From positions 3,474,001-3,538,000 of the forward strand of contig CM075996.1 of the NCBI GenBank assembly GCA_038087875.1: 64,000 nucleotides of DNA. Direction: 5' to 3'. The notes under the pieces are model-generated. The model was given only the letters and a program-made list of their open reading frames with translations. It was not told where the DNA came from and ran no database searches. Positions 36,991-49,809 of the stretch are shown in pieces (the first letter of the stretch is position 1; every line of letters starts with the position of its first letter). This DNA is from Malacoraja senta. Taxonomy: Eukaryota. Both the position numbers and the translations under genes were made by a program.

Positions 36991-37411
36991 GAATTTAGAA
37001 TTTAGAAGATTGAGGGGGGATTTTATAGAAACTTACAACATTCTTAAGGGGTTGGACAGGCTAGATGCAGGAAGATTGTTCCCGATGTTGGGGAAGTCCA
37101 GAACAAGGGGTCACAGTTTAAGGATAAGGGGGAAGTCTTTTAGGACCGAGATGAGAAAAACATTTTTCACACAGAGAGTGGTGAATCTGTGGAATTCTCT
37201 GCCACAGAAGGTAGTTGAGGCCAGTTCATTGGCTATATTTAAGGGGGAGTTAGATGTGGCCCTCGTGGCTAAAAGGATCAAGGGGTTTGGAGAGAAGGCA
37301 GGTACAGGATACTGAGTTGGATGATCAGCCATGATCATATTGAATGGCGGTGCTGGCTCGAAGGGCCGAATGGCCTACTCCTACATCTATTTTCTATGTT
37401 TCTATGTTTCT
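36991..37411 (+). mobile_element. CR1 3' fragment with (TATGTTTC)n tail
   Basis: LEFRRLRGDFIETYN...FTQRVVNLWNSLPQ. Confidence 0.88.
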
Positions 37412-37673
37412 ATCAGGCAAAAGGTATAGAAGTGTTAAAGCACATTCCTCCAGATTCAGGGACAGTTTCTTCCCAGCTGCTATCAGGCAACTGAATCATC
37501 CTACCACAACCAGAGAGCAGTGCTGAACTACTATCTACCTCTGTGGTGACCCTCAGGCTATTTTTGTAAGGTGTCCTTGGGTGTTAGAAAGGCGCCAGCA
37601 AATAAAATGAATTATTATTATTATTATTATTATTCTTGATCGGACTTTGCTGGCTTTACATTGCGCTGAACAT

Positions 37674-38470
37674 CCCAAATGTATCATCTATTTGTGATAA
37701 ATGTCAATCCCAAGAAGCTACTATAGCGCACTTATTCGTTTTCTGTACAAAAATTCAAAAATTTTGGAATGAAATTTTCGAAATCTTTACAAAGTTATTT
37801 AAAATAAGACTGATACCCAAAGCAGAATGGATTATCTTTGAAATAACGGAAGATGGTCCAGAACTAAATGTGTTTCAAAAGAAACTAATAGACTATGGGT
37901 TAATAACTGGAAAAAAGCTAATTCTAAAATTTTGGAAGAAGGCTCCAATACCAACTATAAACATGTGGATTTCAAATATGTTCGAAACGTTACACCTAGA
38001 AGAGATAAGACTCCTCCTAGCAGGTAAACCAGATCACTTCCCCCTGATGTGGTCTGCATTTATAGAATTATTACAAATATAGGGTGCAAAGGTACCTTTA
38101 AAAAAAAATTGAGGTCAGGTAAGGGGGGATGATAGTTGAAGAGTTGGTATGTCCCATTTGCGTAATGCTCATAAAAATATTTGTTTCTCTCTTGTCCTCT
38201 TTCTCTTTCTCTTTCTTTTCTAGGGTCTATTTCTTAACTCTTTTTCTTTTGTTTTTAATTTTGCTCTTATAGGGTCTTCGTCCTTTTTTGTTGTCACATT
38301 TTCTACACTCTCACTTTTTCCTTCACTTTCTTCTTTCTTTCAATCTTTTCTTTTTCTAGTGTAAAAAATAAATGGAGTACATTAATTGTAAGGAGACATA
38401 AGTGACGAGTACTAATGTATGTGGTTGTAATGTAATGTACTTCTAATAAATAATTAAAAAAAAAAAAAAA
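37674..38470 (+). mobile_element. 5'-truncated L1/Tx1 LINE with poly(A) and 17-bp TSD
   Basis: CDKC...AHLFVFC...KKLILKFWK; AATAAA plus A15 tail; TSD TACATTGCGCTGAACAT at 37657-37673 and 38471-38487. Confidence 0.9.
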
Positions 38471-38569
38471 TACATTGCGCTGAACATTATTCATTCCCAT
38501 ATCATGTATCTATACACTGTAAATGGCTCGATTATAATCATGTATTGTCTTTCTGCTGACTGGATAGCA

Positions 38570-39610
38570 TAGGTATGTTACAAAACTTACCTTCAGTGGC
38601 GCTGTAATTCTGCCACTGGCCGTGTGCGCGATTTTGGCGCCTTTAAGGGGGGGCGGGGTTAAAACGCGGGTTTCTCCTCCCTTGTCCTGGTTAATATTTT
38701 GTTGGAGTACAAGCGTTGGCTGAAGAATCGTTCCTAGTGGCGTTTTGTGTATTTTTTATTTTTATTAAATCGTCAATGTCAGCGCTAGAGTAATTTTAAA
38801 AGCAGCTCCTGAAGCGTCAACGCCGATAACGGGGACGGATTTCACACACGGGACAGGTAAACGAAAGTGGTTTCTTTAAATGTATAAAAGTGCTTCTTAA
38901 GAAGCCTTTAATTCACATTTTTTCATGCGACACGGTGATTTTATTCCCCGAATTAACGGCAGTATTTTTCAAGCCAATACGGGGTTAAATTCACCGCAAA
39001 TGAACGTTCCAAAAGATCGCATTCCAGAAATCCTCACTCACAAGATGATTTAAATGCCCATTAATTTACAGGTATTAAACATTCAATTCCTTCCATTTGG
39101 CCTGTAAATTCATGAAAATGAGATTTAAAAATTATGTTATATTGTGAATTATTGTGTGAATGTTATTTGGACACTTAGGCTATTTAAAAATGTTAATCTA
39201 TTCTTAAGAAATTGATAGATGTTTAGATCTAGTAATTGAATTTTGTAATTAGCTACAATTAGGTAACTAACTAATTATATGCTTTACTTTCATGTCTTCT
39301 AAGTAAGATTGTTTCATATTTGTTTCAGAATGCTTCAATCTATAATAACTGAAAATTTCTTTCAGTTATCTTAATTTTTAAGAAGGTTATGGGCTTTTAA
39401 CTCACCTCGATCACAGCTTTTGTGTTAAGTCAATGGAAAAGCAATAGGGAACTAGATGCTAATTTCCAAGTATGAAAATGGCCATAACTTCTTTAATACT
39501 GAAGATATGAAAGTGAATTAGGTGTCAAATTAAACTTCTTTTTATGCTTTATCTGATGGGATAAATTGCAGACTTGATTTTTTAAATCTCAAAATTTTGT
39601 AACATTGCTA
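38570..39610. mobile_element. Non-autonomous TIR DNA transposon (1041 bp) with 7-bp TSD
   Basis: TIRs TAGGTATGTTACAAAA / TTTTGTAACATTGCTA (14/16); GATAGCA duplicated at 38563-38569 and 39611-39617. Confidence 0.82.
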
Positions 39611-40439
39611 GATAGCACGTAACAAAAGCTTTTCACTGCGCCTCCGTTCACATGACAATAAACTAAACTGAACTGAACTGACTTTACAATCCTGACTTCA
39701 CTGCATCAGTTCAGTTCTCTCTTTTACTTCCCAATTTTGGGAGATGATCTTCATGCTCAATGATTATGTGAGAAAGGTGATAGTGAATCAGCAGATATAA
39801 TGGCCTTTTCATTTAACTCAACCCAGCATTCCCCCCCAGGATTAATTTCACTCCCTTTATTCGCAGGAGAAACTGATTTCATTGTGTAAAAGAAGAACTC
39901 ATTAACGTTCTGAGATTGGGATCAGAAAGATAAGATTCTGTAAAATGAAGCTTGGATTATTTACATCATGATGTGTCTTGAAATTAAATTTGCTGGGGAC
40001 CTATGAGACAGACTGTGATTGCATTAGATTACACAGGACTTTGTTGCTCGAAGCTGAAACAATTCTTCACTTGTTCAAAGGAAGACATTGAAAGGAAAAA
40101 AATCATCCATTTGCATATTTCTACTTGCTGATCTCCAGTATCTGACAGTTTTTGTTACATTTTATTTCTCCACTGAATTGTAAATGAATCGTTAGTTAAT
40201 TTAAAAGGGAGATATACATTTATACTGCATTGCACATCACCTCAAGGCTGGAGCCATGAAGAACAAGAAGAAACCAATATGATGTCGGTAGAGGGAAAGC
40301 AGGTGATTGACTAAAGGATGCTTTCCAAAATGAGGGACGAGCTTTGTTTACACCTGACCAGGCTTCCCCGGAGATAGATGTGAACTCTTGGATCACCACG
40401 AGTTCAGTAGGTGATGGAAACAGATTAGTACAAAATGAG

Positions 40440-40813
40440 AGCTTCGGCAACTTTTGAATGCCCAGAAGCGAAGAAGACTGCCAAAGGTTGTGGACACTGC
40501 CCAGTCCATCATGGGTCTAACCTACCCACCATCGAAGGGATTTACCAGAGTCGCTGCCTTAAATAGGCAGCCAGTATCATCAGAGACCCACAGCATCCTG
40601 GCCACACACTCATTTCACCCCTGCCATCGGGAAGAAGGTACAGGAGCCAGCAAACCATAACGTCCAGGTTCGGGAACAGTTTCTTCCCTACAGCCATTAG
40701 GCTATTAAATACTACAACCTCCAAATATCCTCTGAACTACATAGACTATTATTGTTATTATTGCACTATTATTCATTTTTTATGTTTACAAATGTTTGCA
40801 TATATAAATATGT

Positions 40814-40849
<36 letters not shown>

Positions 40850-40985
40850 ATGGGTGGGTATGAACATTTTTTTTTCTCATTTATATTGTTTACAGTGTAC
40901 TATGTTTACATATTCTGTTGTGCTGCTGCAAGTAAGAATTTAATTGTTCTATCTGGGACGTATGACAATAAAACACCCATGACAT
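40440..40985 (+). mobile_element. Rex1/Babar 3' fragment containing a (TA)n microsatellite
   Basis: NAQKRRRLPKVVDTAQSIMG; CATCCTGGCCAC; TGACAATAAA tail. Confidence 0.78.
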
Positions 40986-41686
40986 GAGAAGTTAGAAGCA
41001 GGAAGAGGCCATTCAGCCCATCGTGTCTGCTCTGTAAGGAAGTACTTCATTGTTCACACGGCATTTTGGAACATGATGAGATGTTGGAAGGCACTATAGA
41101 AATGTCCGTCTGCCTTTCCCGGGCTTGTAGGTATCCAACGAGATGGCTGGAACACTTCCACTTGGAAGCATGGGCTCAATTTTTGCCTGATATTATGATG
41201 ACTTTTCCAAGCAGGATGTGGGACTAACAGAGTTTTGTGATTTAAACAATCCTCTTTAATGTGTACGAGCAAGAGAAGAGTTGAATGTGTCACAGTAAAT
41301 ATCGTCATATTCAGCAGCGGAACGCATAATGAATGAGAATGAAACATTACTGCAGATTTATGTTTGGTCTCAGTTTAATATTCATGATGTCGAGTGTATT
41401 CTATGTCAATATATTGCCTTAGGAAAAGCTTGGATTAATACTACTTTTGTCTGGCAGTGGGAATAGAGCATTTTCCTTTTGGCCAGACTCCTTTTCCCAG
41501 TTTAGCTTGATGGAGAATGCCATGTGAACATAGCCCATGGATCTGGGATATAACACTTGGTGTAGTTTAAATACTTAGATACACACATGGATATGCAAGG
41601 AATGGAGGGATATGGATCTTGTGCAGGCAGAGGAGATTAGTTTAACTTCACAACACGTTTGGCATGGATATTGTGGGCTGAAGGGC

Positions 41687-42042
41687 AGAGGGGGCTCTTC
41701 AGCCTGGGAAGGCAGTCCATCTAGGAGAGGGAAAACTCTGATTTAAAACCTCCACTGCCTTGTGGCGATATCCAGTCATGGAAAAGGCTCCAGGAGTAAA
41801 CCTCAAGAAAATCCGGAGTCGGAGCCCCTAAGTCAGTTCGTCGTTGTCTACAACCTCGCTCTGGCAGCTCCTGCGACAGCGCTGGTGCCAAACTGTAACG
41901 GCCCTGCTGTTCCTTTGGATCGATCAGCGACGTGTAGAGGGGGGACGTGCTGCATGGGCAACAGCCATATGACATCGACCAGGCTTGCATCCGACAAACT
42001 AGGATGCATCACCCATGGTCAGTCATGACCGAGGAGGGCCTA
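41687..42042 (+). mobile_element. Short RTE-derived non-autonomous element with 9-bp TSD, inserted in a CR1 tail
   Basis: TSD CTGAAGGGC at 41678-41686 and 42043-42051. GGCAGTCCATCTAGGAGAGGGAAAACTCTGATTTAAAACC resembles RTE 5' UTRs (recall). Confidence 0.6.
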
Positions 42043-42079
42043 CTGAAGGGCCCGTTCTTGCGCTCCAATGTTCTATGTA

Positions 42080-42620
42080 GACATGCACACAAGGAACTGC
42101 AGATGCTGGAATCTTGTGTAGAACACAAAGTGCTGAAGTAACTCGGTGGGTCAGGCAGCATCTCTGGAGGACATGGATAGGCAATATGTAGGAAGGAACT
42201 GCAGATGCTGGTTTAAACCGAAGATGAACACAAAAAGCTGGAGTAACTCGGCGGGCCAGGCAGCATCTCTGGAAAGAAGGAATGGGTGACGTTTCGGGTC
42301 CAGACCCTTCTTCAGACTAGTCTGGGGAAAGGCTAAACGAGGGATATAGACGATGATGTAGAGAGATAAAGAACAATCAATGAATGATATGCAAAAAAGT
42401 AACGATGATAAAGGAAACTGGCCATTGTCAGCTGTTTGTTGGGTGAAAGTGAGAAGCCGGTGCGACTTGGTTGGGGAGGGGTGGAGAGAGAGGGAATGCC
42501 GAGGTTACTTGAAGTTAGAGAAATCAATATTCATACCACTGGGCTGTAAGCTGCCCAAGCGAAATATGAGATGCTGTTCCTCCAATTTGCGTTTAGCCTC
42601 ACTCTGACAATGGAGGAGGC
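42080..42620 (-). mobile_element. Penelope-like element 3' end: GIY-YIG C-terminus, 3' UTR, hammerhead and terminal repeats
   Basis: Minus strand 42619-42505 encodes LLHCQSEAKRKLEEQHLIFRLGSLQPSGMNIDFSNFK*, followed by a pyrimidine-rich UTR and AGTCTGAAGAAGGGTCTGGACCCGAAACGTCACCC. Confidence 0.85.
42284..42318 (-). ncRNA. Minimal hammerhead ribozyme motif, core intact
   Basis: GU-CUGAAGA-A-GGGU(CUGG)ACCC-GAAA-C-GUC-AC. Confidence 0.62.
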
Positions 42621-43279
42621 AATGCTACAGGTTGGGACCTTTCAGTACTGTTCTATGTAGTGAGTGAGCAATCTCCAGTCTGCCATTCGAGAGGCCCAGA
42701 GCAGTTAGTGTGACTGGGAAGCTGGCCAGTGAGTGACTCCCAGACTCTCTGCTGCTGCAGTTTCATAAGGAGTGATAGTTACAGGTAGTCCTACTATAAC
42801 TCAACAGTTGCGTCCACCAAGAAACATTGTATTATCGATAATCGGGTTATTAAAACAATTTATCAAAACAATTATGTCAAAAAAGGGTTTTGGGGCTAGA
42901 GAGATGTGGACTCTAAGAATAAATTTTTATCCTTGCACGAATTTCAACAATAAAGGTGTTTTGTCACTGCAAGCTAAAAACACTAAAGGCTGTATGTTAT
43001 ATTGTTTAATAGTGTATCATTGCACAGATGACAATGGAAACCACTGCTTATTAATTTCCAAAGTAAATATCTTCAGTGACTTCTGACGGTAAAATTGGCA
43101 GCCTGTGTTCTAAAGAGACAATAATGCCCGATTACTGCAGGGCTAGTTCTTGATTGAAATCGCTTTATAACTAATTTAATCCGTGAAATACAAATAATGT
43201 TGCCTAATTCATCAATCTCGTTATATCCAATTTGTGTCATGGCAACGCGCATCATAGCAGAACTAACTGTATTTAAATG

Positions 43280-43502
43280 GAGTCTGAAGAAGGGTCTCGA
43301 CCCGAAACATCACCCATTCCTTCTCTCCAGAGATGCTGCCTGTCCCGTTGAGTTACTCCAGCTTTTTGTGTCTATCTTTTGTATTTTAATGGAGATGCAA
43401 GGAGCTACAGATGTTGGAATGTTGGATCAGTCTGAAGAAGGATCCTGACTCACAACGTCAACTGTCCTTCCTCTGCAGATGCTGCCTAACCTGCTGAGTT
43501 TC
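43280..43502. mobile_element. Penelope-like terminal repeat cluster
   Basis: AGTCTGAAGAAGGGTCTCGACCCGAAACATCACCC and a second CAGTCTGAAGAAGGATCCTGACTCACAACGTC. Confidence 0.72.
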
Positions 43503-44702
43503 TGTATTTAAATATGTTTGGTCCTTGTCTTTTTATCTTCCTATACCTCTGAGTTCTTGGACTTCCTTGAATGAGAAACAATTTGGAAAGGGAAAGGGGG
43601 AGAGCCTTCTTTAATTCACAACTTTCTGTGGGTTAGCGCAACGGTTCAGAGCATTTTATTTTTTCCATTGAGTTAACCACTGAACTGGCAAACAAACAGT
43701 GTTCACCTCTTGTTTGGCTGTTAATGCCCAAGTCAATTTTAGTGCAGTGTTCTCCTGCCACCTTCTGAGTGCAAAGAGAATCGCATGAGATTGAAAGATA
43801 AATCCACAGCTGAAATAAACAGGAGTTTCGGTTACATGGAAACCGAATAGGGGACGATCAGCCATGATCACAATGAATGGCGGTGCTGGCTCGAAGGGGT
43901 GAATGGCCTCCTCCTGCACCTATTTTCTATGTTTCTATGTTTCTATGAAACAAAGCACAAACACTACAGCACAGGGAAAGGCCCTTCGGCCCACAAAGTC
44001 TGCGATGAGCATGATTCCAAGTTAAACTAATTATCTTTGCCATCACTTGATCCATATCCCTCAATTCTCTACAGATCAGAGTGCCCATCCAAAAGAGTAT
44101 TAAATGCCACTGTGGTAGCTGTCTCCACCACTATCCCTGGCAGCGCATTCCAGGCAGCCTCTGTGCAAAAATCCCCCTGGAAACGTTGGAAATCTGAAAT
44201 AGAAGCAGAAAATGCGGGAAATGCTCAGAGGACCAGGCAGCATCCGTGGGAAGAGAAATAGAGCTATGGTCATGATACCTGTGGAGCTTGAGTAGGCTCA
44301 AGAAAGAGATGGAAAGATTTTTGGATATTGTTGGAAACAAAGGAAATGGCGGATGAAATGAGGGAGGAGGCACGAAAGGACAAATGGCCTACTTCTGCTT
44401 CTCTTTCTTATGTTCTTACGCCTATCTTCCATGTACCACTCATTTAACTTGCCTGTCCAGATTTAATTATCGTCTTCACAGCTCATATTTGCCCATGTTT
44501 TGTATTGTCTACAGATCTGCAAAATGTTTGCACTGACACGCAGATTCTAATTTCAGATTTGGATCCTCTCCAGGTTACAAACACCCGACTTACGTGTAGC
44601 CCATACATATGAACAAGTATTTGGCAGACTGGCGGGATGGATTTGCTGGCTGCAATGGGATTGCAGGTATCTTCTGCTGGTGGGAACTTGGTTTGTGAAT
44701 TC

Positions 44703-44942
44703 CTTGTGAATTCCTCCTCATTTTCCTCCTAAAGGAATGTTCTTTTATTCTGAGGCTGACCTCTGGTCCTAGACTCTCCAACTAGTGGAAACATCCTCTC
44801 CACATCCACTCGATCCAAGCCTTTCACTATTCGGTAAGTTTCAATGAGGTCCTCCCGTCATTTAAACTCTAGCGAGTACAGGCCCAGTGCCGTCAAAAAC
44901 GTTCAGCATATGTTAACGCACTCATTCCTAGGATCATCCTTA
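44703..44942 (-). mobile_element. CR1 fragment
   Basis: Reverse complement of the LYSLEF...LIETYRIVKGLDRVDVERMFPLVGESRTRG-type region. Confidence 0.7.
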
Positions 44943-45179
44943 CAGCCCTTGATCACCCGCACCTGGTTACTTATTAATTTCAGTGGAACAAGCCCTTCTG
45001 GTATTTCTTCACTTGACATCAAACTCATCCAGTAACTCAACTGCATTGCATTTGTTGCGATTCCTTCTTGCAAGGTATCCACACAGTGTTTCAGCCATGC
45101 CCTCTACCTCAATGAACAGAATTCCTGCATCAACCAACTTCTCCTCATGTTGTTTACCAGCCTATAGGAGATTGATTGA

Positions 45180-45486
45180 AGGATATAGCATGGAAACGGG
45201 CACTTCAGCCCATCGAGTCCATGCTGACCATCACCCGTTCACACTAGTTCTATGTTATCCCATTTTCACATCCACTCACTACACACCAGGGGGCAATTTA
45301 AAGAGGCGAATTAACCTAGAAACTTGCAAGTCTTTTGGATGTGGGAGAAAACCGTAGCACCTGAAGGAAACCCACCTGATCGCAGGGAGAATGTGCAAAC
45401 TCCACATAGGCAGCAGCTGAGGTCAGGATCCAACCCGGGTCTCTAGCACTGTGAGGCATCAGCTTCACCAGCTGCGTCACTATGCT
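45180..45486 (-). mobile_element. tRNA-derived SINE (HE1/V-SINE-like)
   Basis: Homologous to 17995-18306. Confidence 0.72.
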
Positions 45487-45849
45487 GAGATTTTTTATTA
45501 CGAATTATATTTAGCTCCATTCTTTATTCACACTCTCTCTTTGGCTCTCCTATTTCCTTTTTTTTCCCCCTCTGAATTCTCAGTAATCAATTTGGTGCTC
45601 TGCTGTGTTATCATCCTGACATCAGTCAAACGGTTATTTATTTTTCTGCTCTATTTTCTTCTTTCTCTTTAGTCATCCAGCGACTTCTGACTTTAATTGC
45701 CCTATTTTCCTCCCCCTGAAGAATGTATCTAGATTCATCTGAATATCTCCTCCTTAAAGATCTTTAAGGTGGAGATATTCAGGTGAATATCTGTTCAATA
45801 TATATACATATTGAACAGATAGTGAAGTGAATAGGATACAGAACAATTG

Positions 45850-46215
45850 CAGTCTGGAGATGGGTCTCGAACAGAATCATTACCTTTCTATTTCCTCCAT
45901 AGATGCTGCCTGACCTACTAAGTTCCTCCAGCATTTTACGTTTTGTTATCAGTCTGAAAAAGGGTCCCGATCCTAAACATCGCATGTCCATTCCCTCCAT
46001 AGATGCTTCCTGACCCACTGAGTTCCTCCAGCACTTTGTGTTTTGATCAAGGTTCCAGCATCTGAAGTTTCTTGTGTCTTCAATGAAAGTCTTTGATTCT
46101 AATTCACCCAGGTCAAACCTTTGACATGAAATATTAACACTTTCCACATATGCTGCCTGATTAGTTGTTTGTTTCCAGCATTTTCTATTTTTATTTCAGG
46201 TTTCCAGCACCTGCT
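45850..46215 (+). mobile_element. Three tandem degenerate Penelope-like terminal repeats
   Basis: Repeated ...TCCATAGATGCT(G/T)CCTGACC...AGTTCCTCCAGCA units; mutated hammerhead cores at ~45852 and ~45952. Confidence 0.65.
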
Positions 46216-46383
46216 GTTTGTGGATCTTCAATTCCTGTTGAATTCTCTGCCACTTGTCTTCCTGGAAGTTCTTCTCTCCAGTAGATTCTGTTTCCCTTCT
46301 TCTTTATGATGAGGTATTGATTCCCATCTTAATCCTGATGCAGGTTTTCAATCTGAAACATCAACAATTCCTTTCCCCCTCAC

Positions 46384-46660
46384 AGCACGACACTGGTAGA
46401 GTTGCTGCCTTACAGCGCCAGAGACCCGGGTTCGATCCTGATTACGGGTGCTGTCTGTATGGAGTTTGCACGTTCTCCACGTGACCTGCGTGAGTTTTCT
46501 CCGGGAGCTCTGGTTTCCTCCCACATTCCAAAGACAAACAGATTTATAAGTTAATTGGCTTTGGTAAAATTATAAATTGTCCCTAGTAGGTAGGATAGTG
46601 TTAATGTGTGCGGGGATCGCTAGTCGGCGCGGACTCGGTGGGCCTGTTTCTGTACTGTAT
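46384..46660 (+). mobile_element. tRNA-derived SINE (HE1/V-SINE-like)
   Basis: GGTAGAGTTGCTGCCTTACAGCGCCAGAGACCCGGGTTCGATCC (box B) and central TTTCCTCCCACATTCCAAAGAC. Confidence 0.8.
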
Positions 46661-48098
46661 TAAATTCAATATTCTTCTTTTCATGTCCATCTTGTTACAA
46701 ATGTTGACCTCGCTGTCATCGTCCGTCCTGAAAAGGACGCAAGCTTCCGGTGACAATCAGTGGAAGCCATCACTTGTCGCAATAGATGATGGTGGTAGCA
46801 GAATTAGCTCAGGATACTTCCAGTTTCCAGCCCCGCGACGTGGACGCTTCTGCTATGGGGCCATTAAATTAAATTAAAGATACTGAGTTTATTTGTCGCA
46901 CCCAAGTCAATCTGGCGTTTCAGTCCAAACCTCCAGCCCCTATCCTCCTTGCGACATAAAACCAACTTGTTCCCTCACTTTCCCAGTCTGATGCTGAGGA
47001 ACATCTGAGAGAGAAACTCAATTATCCCCCATTCAGCTGACTGTAATTCCTGAATTTTCTGATTTATTTTTCCTGTGCAAAACACCTTCGCTTTACCCCA
47101 CTGCACAACAACCTCCCAAGCCTGTATTTAATTGAGAAGCACGCACTCCGTGACAAATCCCTCTATCCCGCTAGATCAAAGAAGCTAGCTCCAGGAAGTG
47201 TTTGGAGCTGGGAGCCAGTGGTCAGAAGCCCAAGGAAGTTACACAGTCACATTCTGCAAAGGTAGCCAAGGTGAGTCCTTCAATCAGCATTCAAGAAACC
47301 TTATGAGGGGTATTAGGACACTGAGCCCGGGGCCGATGCTGTGAGGTGAATCACGAGGCTCCATGGGGGTGCAAGGACATGAAATAAATGAGGGTGATGG
47401 TTAAAACAAAAAGGCAACACACTCCTCCCTTCTTCTCAGCAGCAGCAGGTCTGAAAATGTCTCTTTTGCGAGCAACATGCAGAAAAATGAAATTGTGAGG
47501 AAATAGTGCAACGTAGGTTGCCAGTAGCAACCAAAGCTGCCCACCCACAGATCTCATTCTCTCCCTCCTCTCCCTTGTACAGTTCTTTGGTATTCTTCCA
47601 TGCGATGTGTAAAGGAACACATTCAGAGGTCGTGGAGAACAGGGGGTGACTCATCTGCACCCTGCTTGCTTTTGCTGTCAAGATGCATTGCCCTCAGGAA
47701 GAGACAAAGCGAGCCCGTGCCCACCATCTCTGGCCAGTGTAACAGTGCAGCCATGTCGCTCTGGAGAGAAGCCGAGAGCTGGTGCTGGGATTGCCTTGGA
47801 CAATATTTATCTGCCCCGCCAGGTCATCATCAGGTTATACGTCGTGGGCTCTTTCCATGCACAAATTGGCTGCTGCATTTCCCAACATAAAAGCGAAACT
47901 CTTCTGAAAAATATAGAGCGTAGAACAAAACAGCAAAGGAACAGGCCCTTCGGCCCACATTTTCTGTGTCGAACATGATGACAAGTGAATCCCCTCTGCC
48001 TGTCCCTCCATTACCTGCATATTCATGTGCCTATGTAAAAGCCTCTTATACGCCACTATCATATCTGCTTCCACTACCAACCCCTTGGCAGCACATTT

Positions 48099-48391
48099 AC
48101 AAGATACAAGATACATTTATTTGTCACATGTGCCAGTTGGCACAGTGAAATGTATGATCACCATACAGCCATACAATAAAAATAAAGAACACAACACACG
48201 ATAGAGTTCAACATAAAACATCCCCACACAGCAGAATCAAAAGTTTCCCACTGTGAGGGAAGGCACCAAAGACAGTTATCTTCCTCTGATGTTCACCCGT
48301 GGTTGGGGCCTCCGGAGCCCTCCGCAGTCGCGCTACGGGCAGCCCGCTGTTCAGGCCTGCTCGCCGGGATGTTGGAACTCCGGCGTCGGGC
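48099..48391 (-). mobile_element. 5'-truncated copy of the GC-rich element, nested in a CR1 3' end
   Basis: TTTCCCACTGTGAGGGAAGGCA...GTTCACCCGTGGT as in copies 1-3; minus-strand tail (TATCTTG)n. Confidence 0.72.
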
Positions 48392-49809
48392 ACCCTCCAC
48401 TCTCTGTGTAAAAATACTGTATATCTTATTCAGTGATCATGACGTGTCAAGGCTGATCGACCTAAAGATGCCTACCTTATATCGTATATTTCTATCCTTC
48501 AACCCTTTTGCCATTATTCTATGCTCTCCTACACACTGTTCTGGGATAAAAAAATGTAGTAAGCGAAGTTGGGGAAGGTCAGTACCTCCACAGCTGGAAT
48601 CAAGGTGAACAATCCTATATTTTCCGCACCTTCTCATGACAAAGAAGGAGGCCATTTGGTCCATTGGGTCGATGCTAGCCCTCAGAGCAGCTGCTCATAT
48701 TCCTCCACTTATTTCTCCTCATCCTGCCACAAGCTCATTGAATCTGTGCTAAATCTCCTGCTATTCACTCACACAACTTGGAGCTAATTAACCCACCCAT
48801 TCTTGGATTGCAGGATGAAACCTGAAAGTCCCAAGAGGTGGGGTGGGGGGGGGGGGGGGTGGGACCTATGGGGTCACAAGGAGAACGTGCAAACTCCACA
48901 CAAACAGCGCTGGAGGCCAGGATTGAACCTGAGTCTCTGGACCTGAGGGGCATGATCTGTCATACGACTGTTCTACCCAATTGATCTGTGTAGAAAGAAT
49001 GTGCAGATGCTGGTTTATACTGAAGATGGACACCAAAGTGCTGGAGTAACTCAATGGGTCAGGCAGCATCTCTGGAGGAAAAGGATCCAGAGATTCTTCC
49101 TGACCAACTGAGTTACTCCAGCACTTTGTGTCCAACTTCAGGAGACCAACCCTTTTTCTCCAGAGTTGCTGCCAGACCCACTGAGTTACTGCAGCACTTT
49201 GTGTCTATCTCACCTTGATCTGCGATGCCTTCCGTGTCGACTGAACATGGTGCTGTCCAATAGAGTGAGTGGCCTCAAGAGGAGAGGGACAATTGCACTG
49301 AGAGTGTTGTGTTCTCTTTTATGCAGTCAAGAAGCCACCAACATCAACCAGCCTCATGGTACCATGCTCAATAGAAGAGGTACATTCAGTCCATTAAACC
49401 TATCTGAATGCAGGTGAAGACGGAATTGCACATCCGTCAACCTCTGAGATCGCCCTTGTGAGGGGCCCAGGGGTCTCTCACTCTCACGAACGTCTTCCCA
49501 CTTGTCGGAAGCTCGACTCCCTCAGGCCGGCTTCCAGATGATTGCGTGGCTGCAGGTTACTCTGATAATTGCCAGCCAAGAACGCACTGCTCTCACTGTG
49601 TGTGTCAGTGACATAGACATCAGTGAGATGACCCACTTTTGTCAAGTATTGCTATGGATACGGGGAAATTATTGTCATCAGATGTTTCCTCTGCTGTAGG
49701 GAAGGATTTTAAACTGCGCCGGCAGTTAATTGTGCAAGAGGCCATGATGTTAGGCCTTACGTACCCTACAAGTGTCACGAAGGGCTTTAGCACCAAAGGT
49801 CCATCAGGA

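Larger units (their letters stand above)
36905..39681 (+). mobile_element. Rex1/Babar-type 3' fragment split by four later insertions
   Basis: Host pieces 36905-36990, 37412-37565, 37635-37673, 38488-38569 and 39618-39681 rejoin into the tail seen at 59455-59700. Confidence 0.75.
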
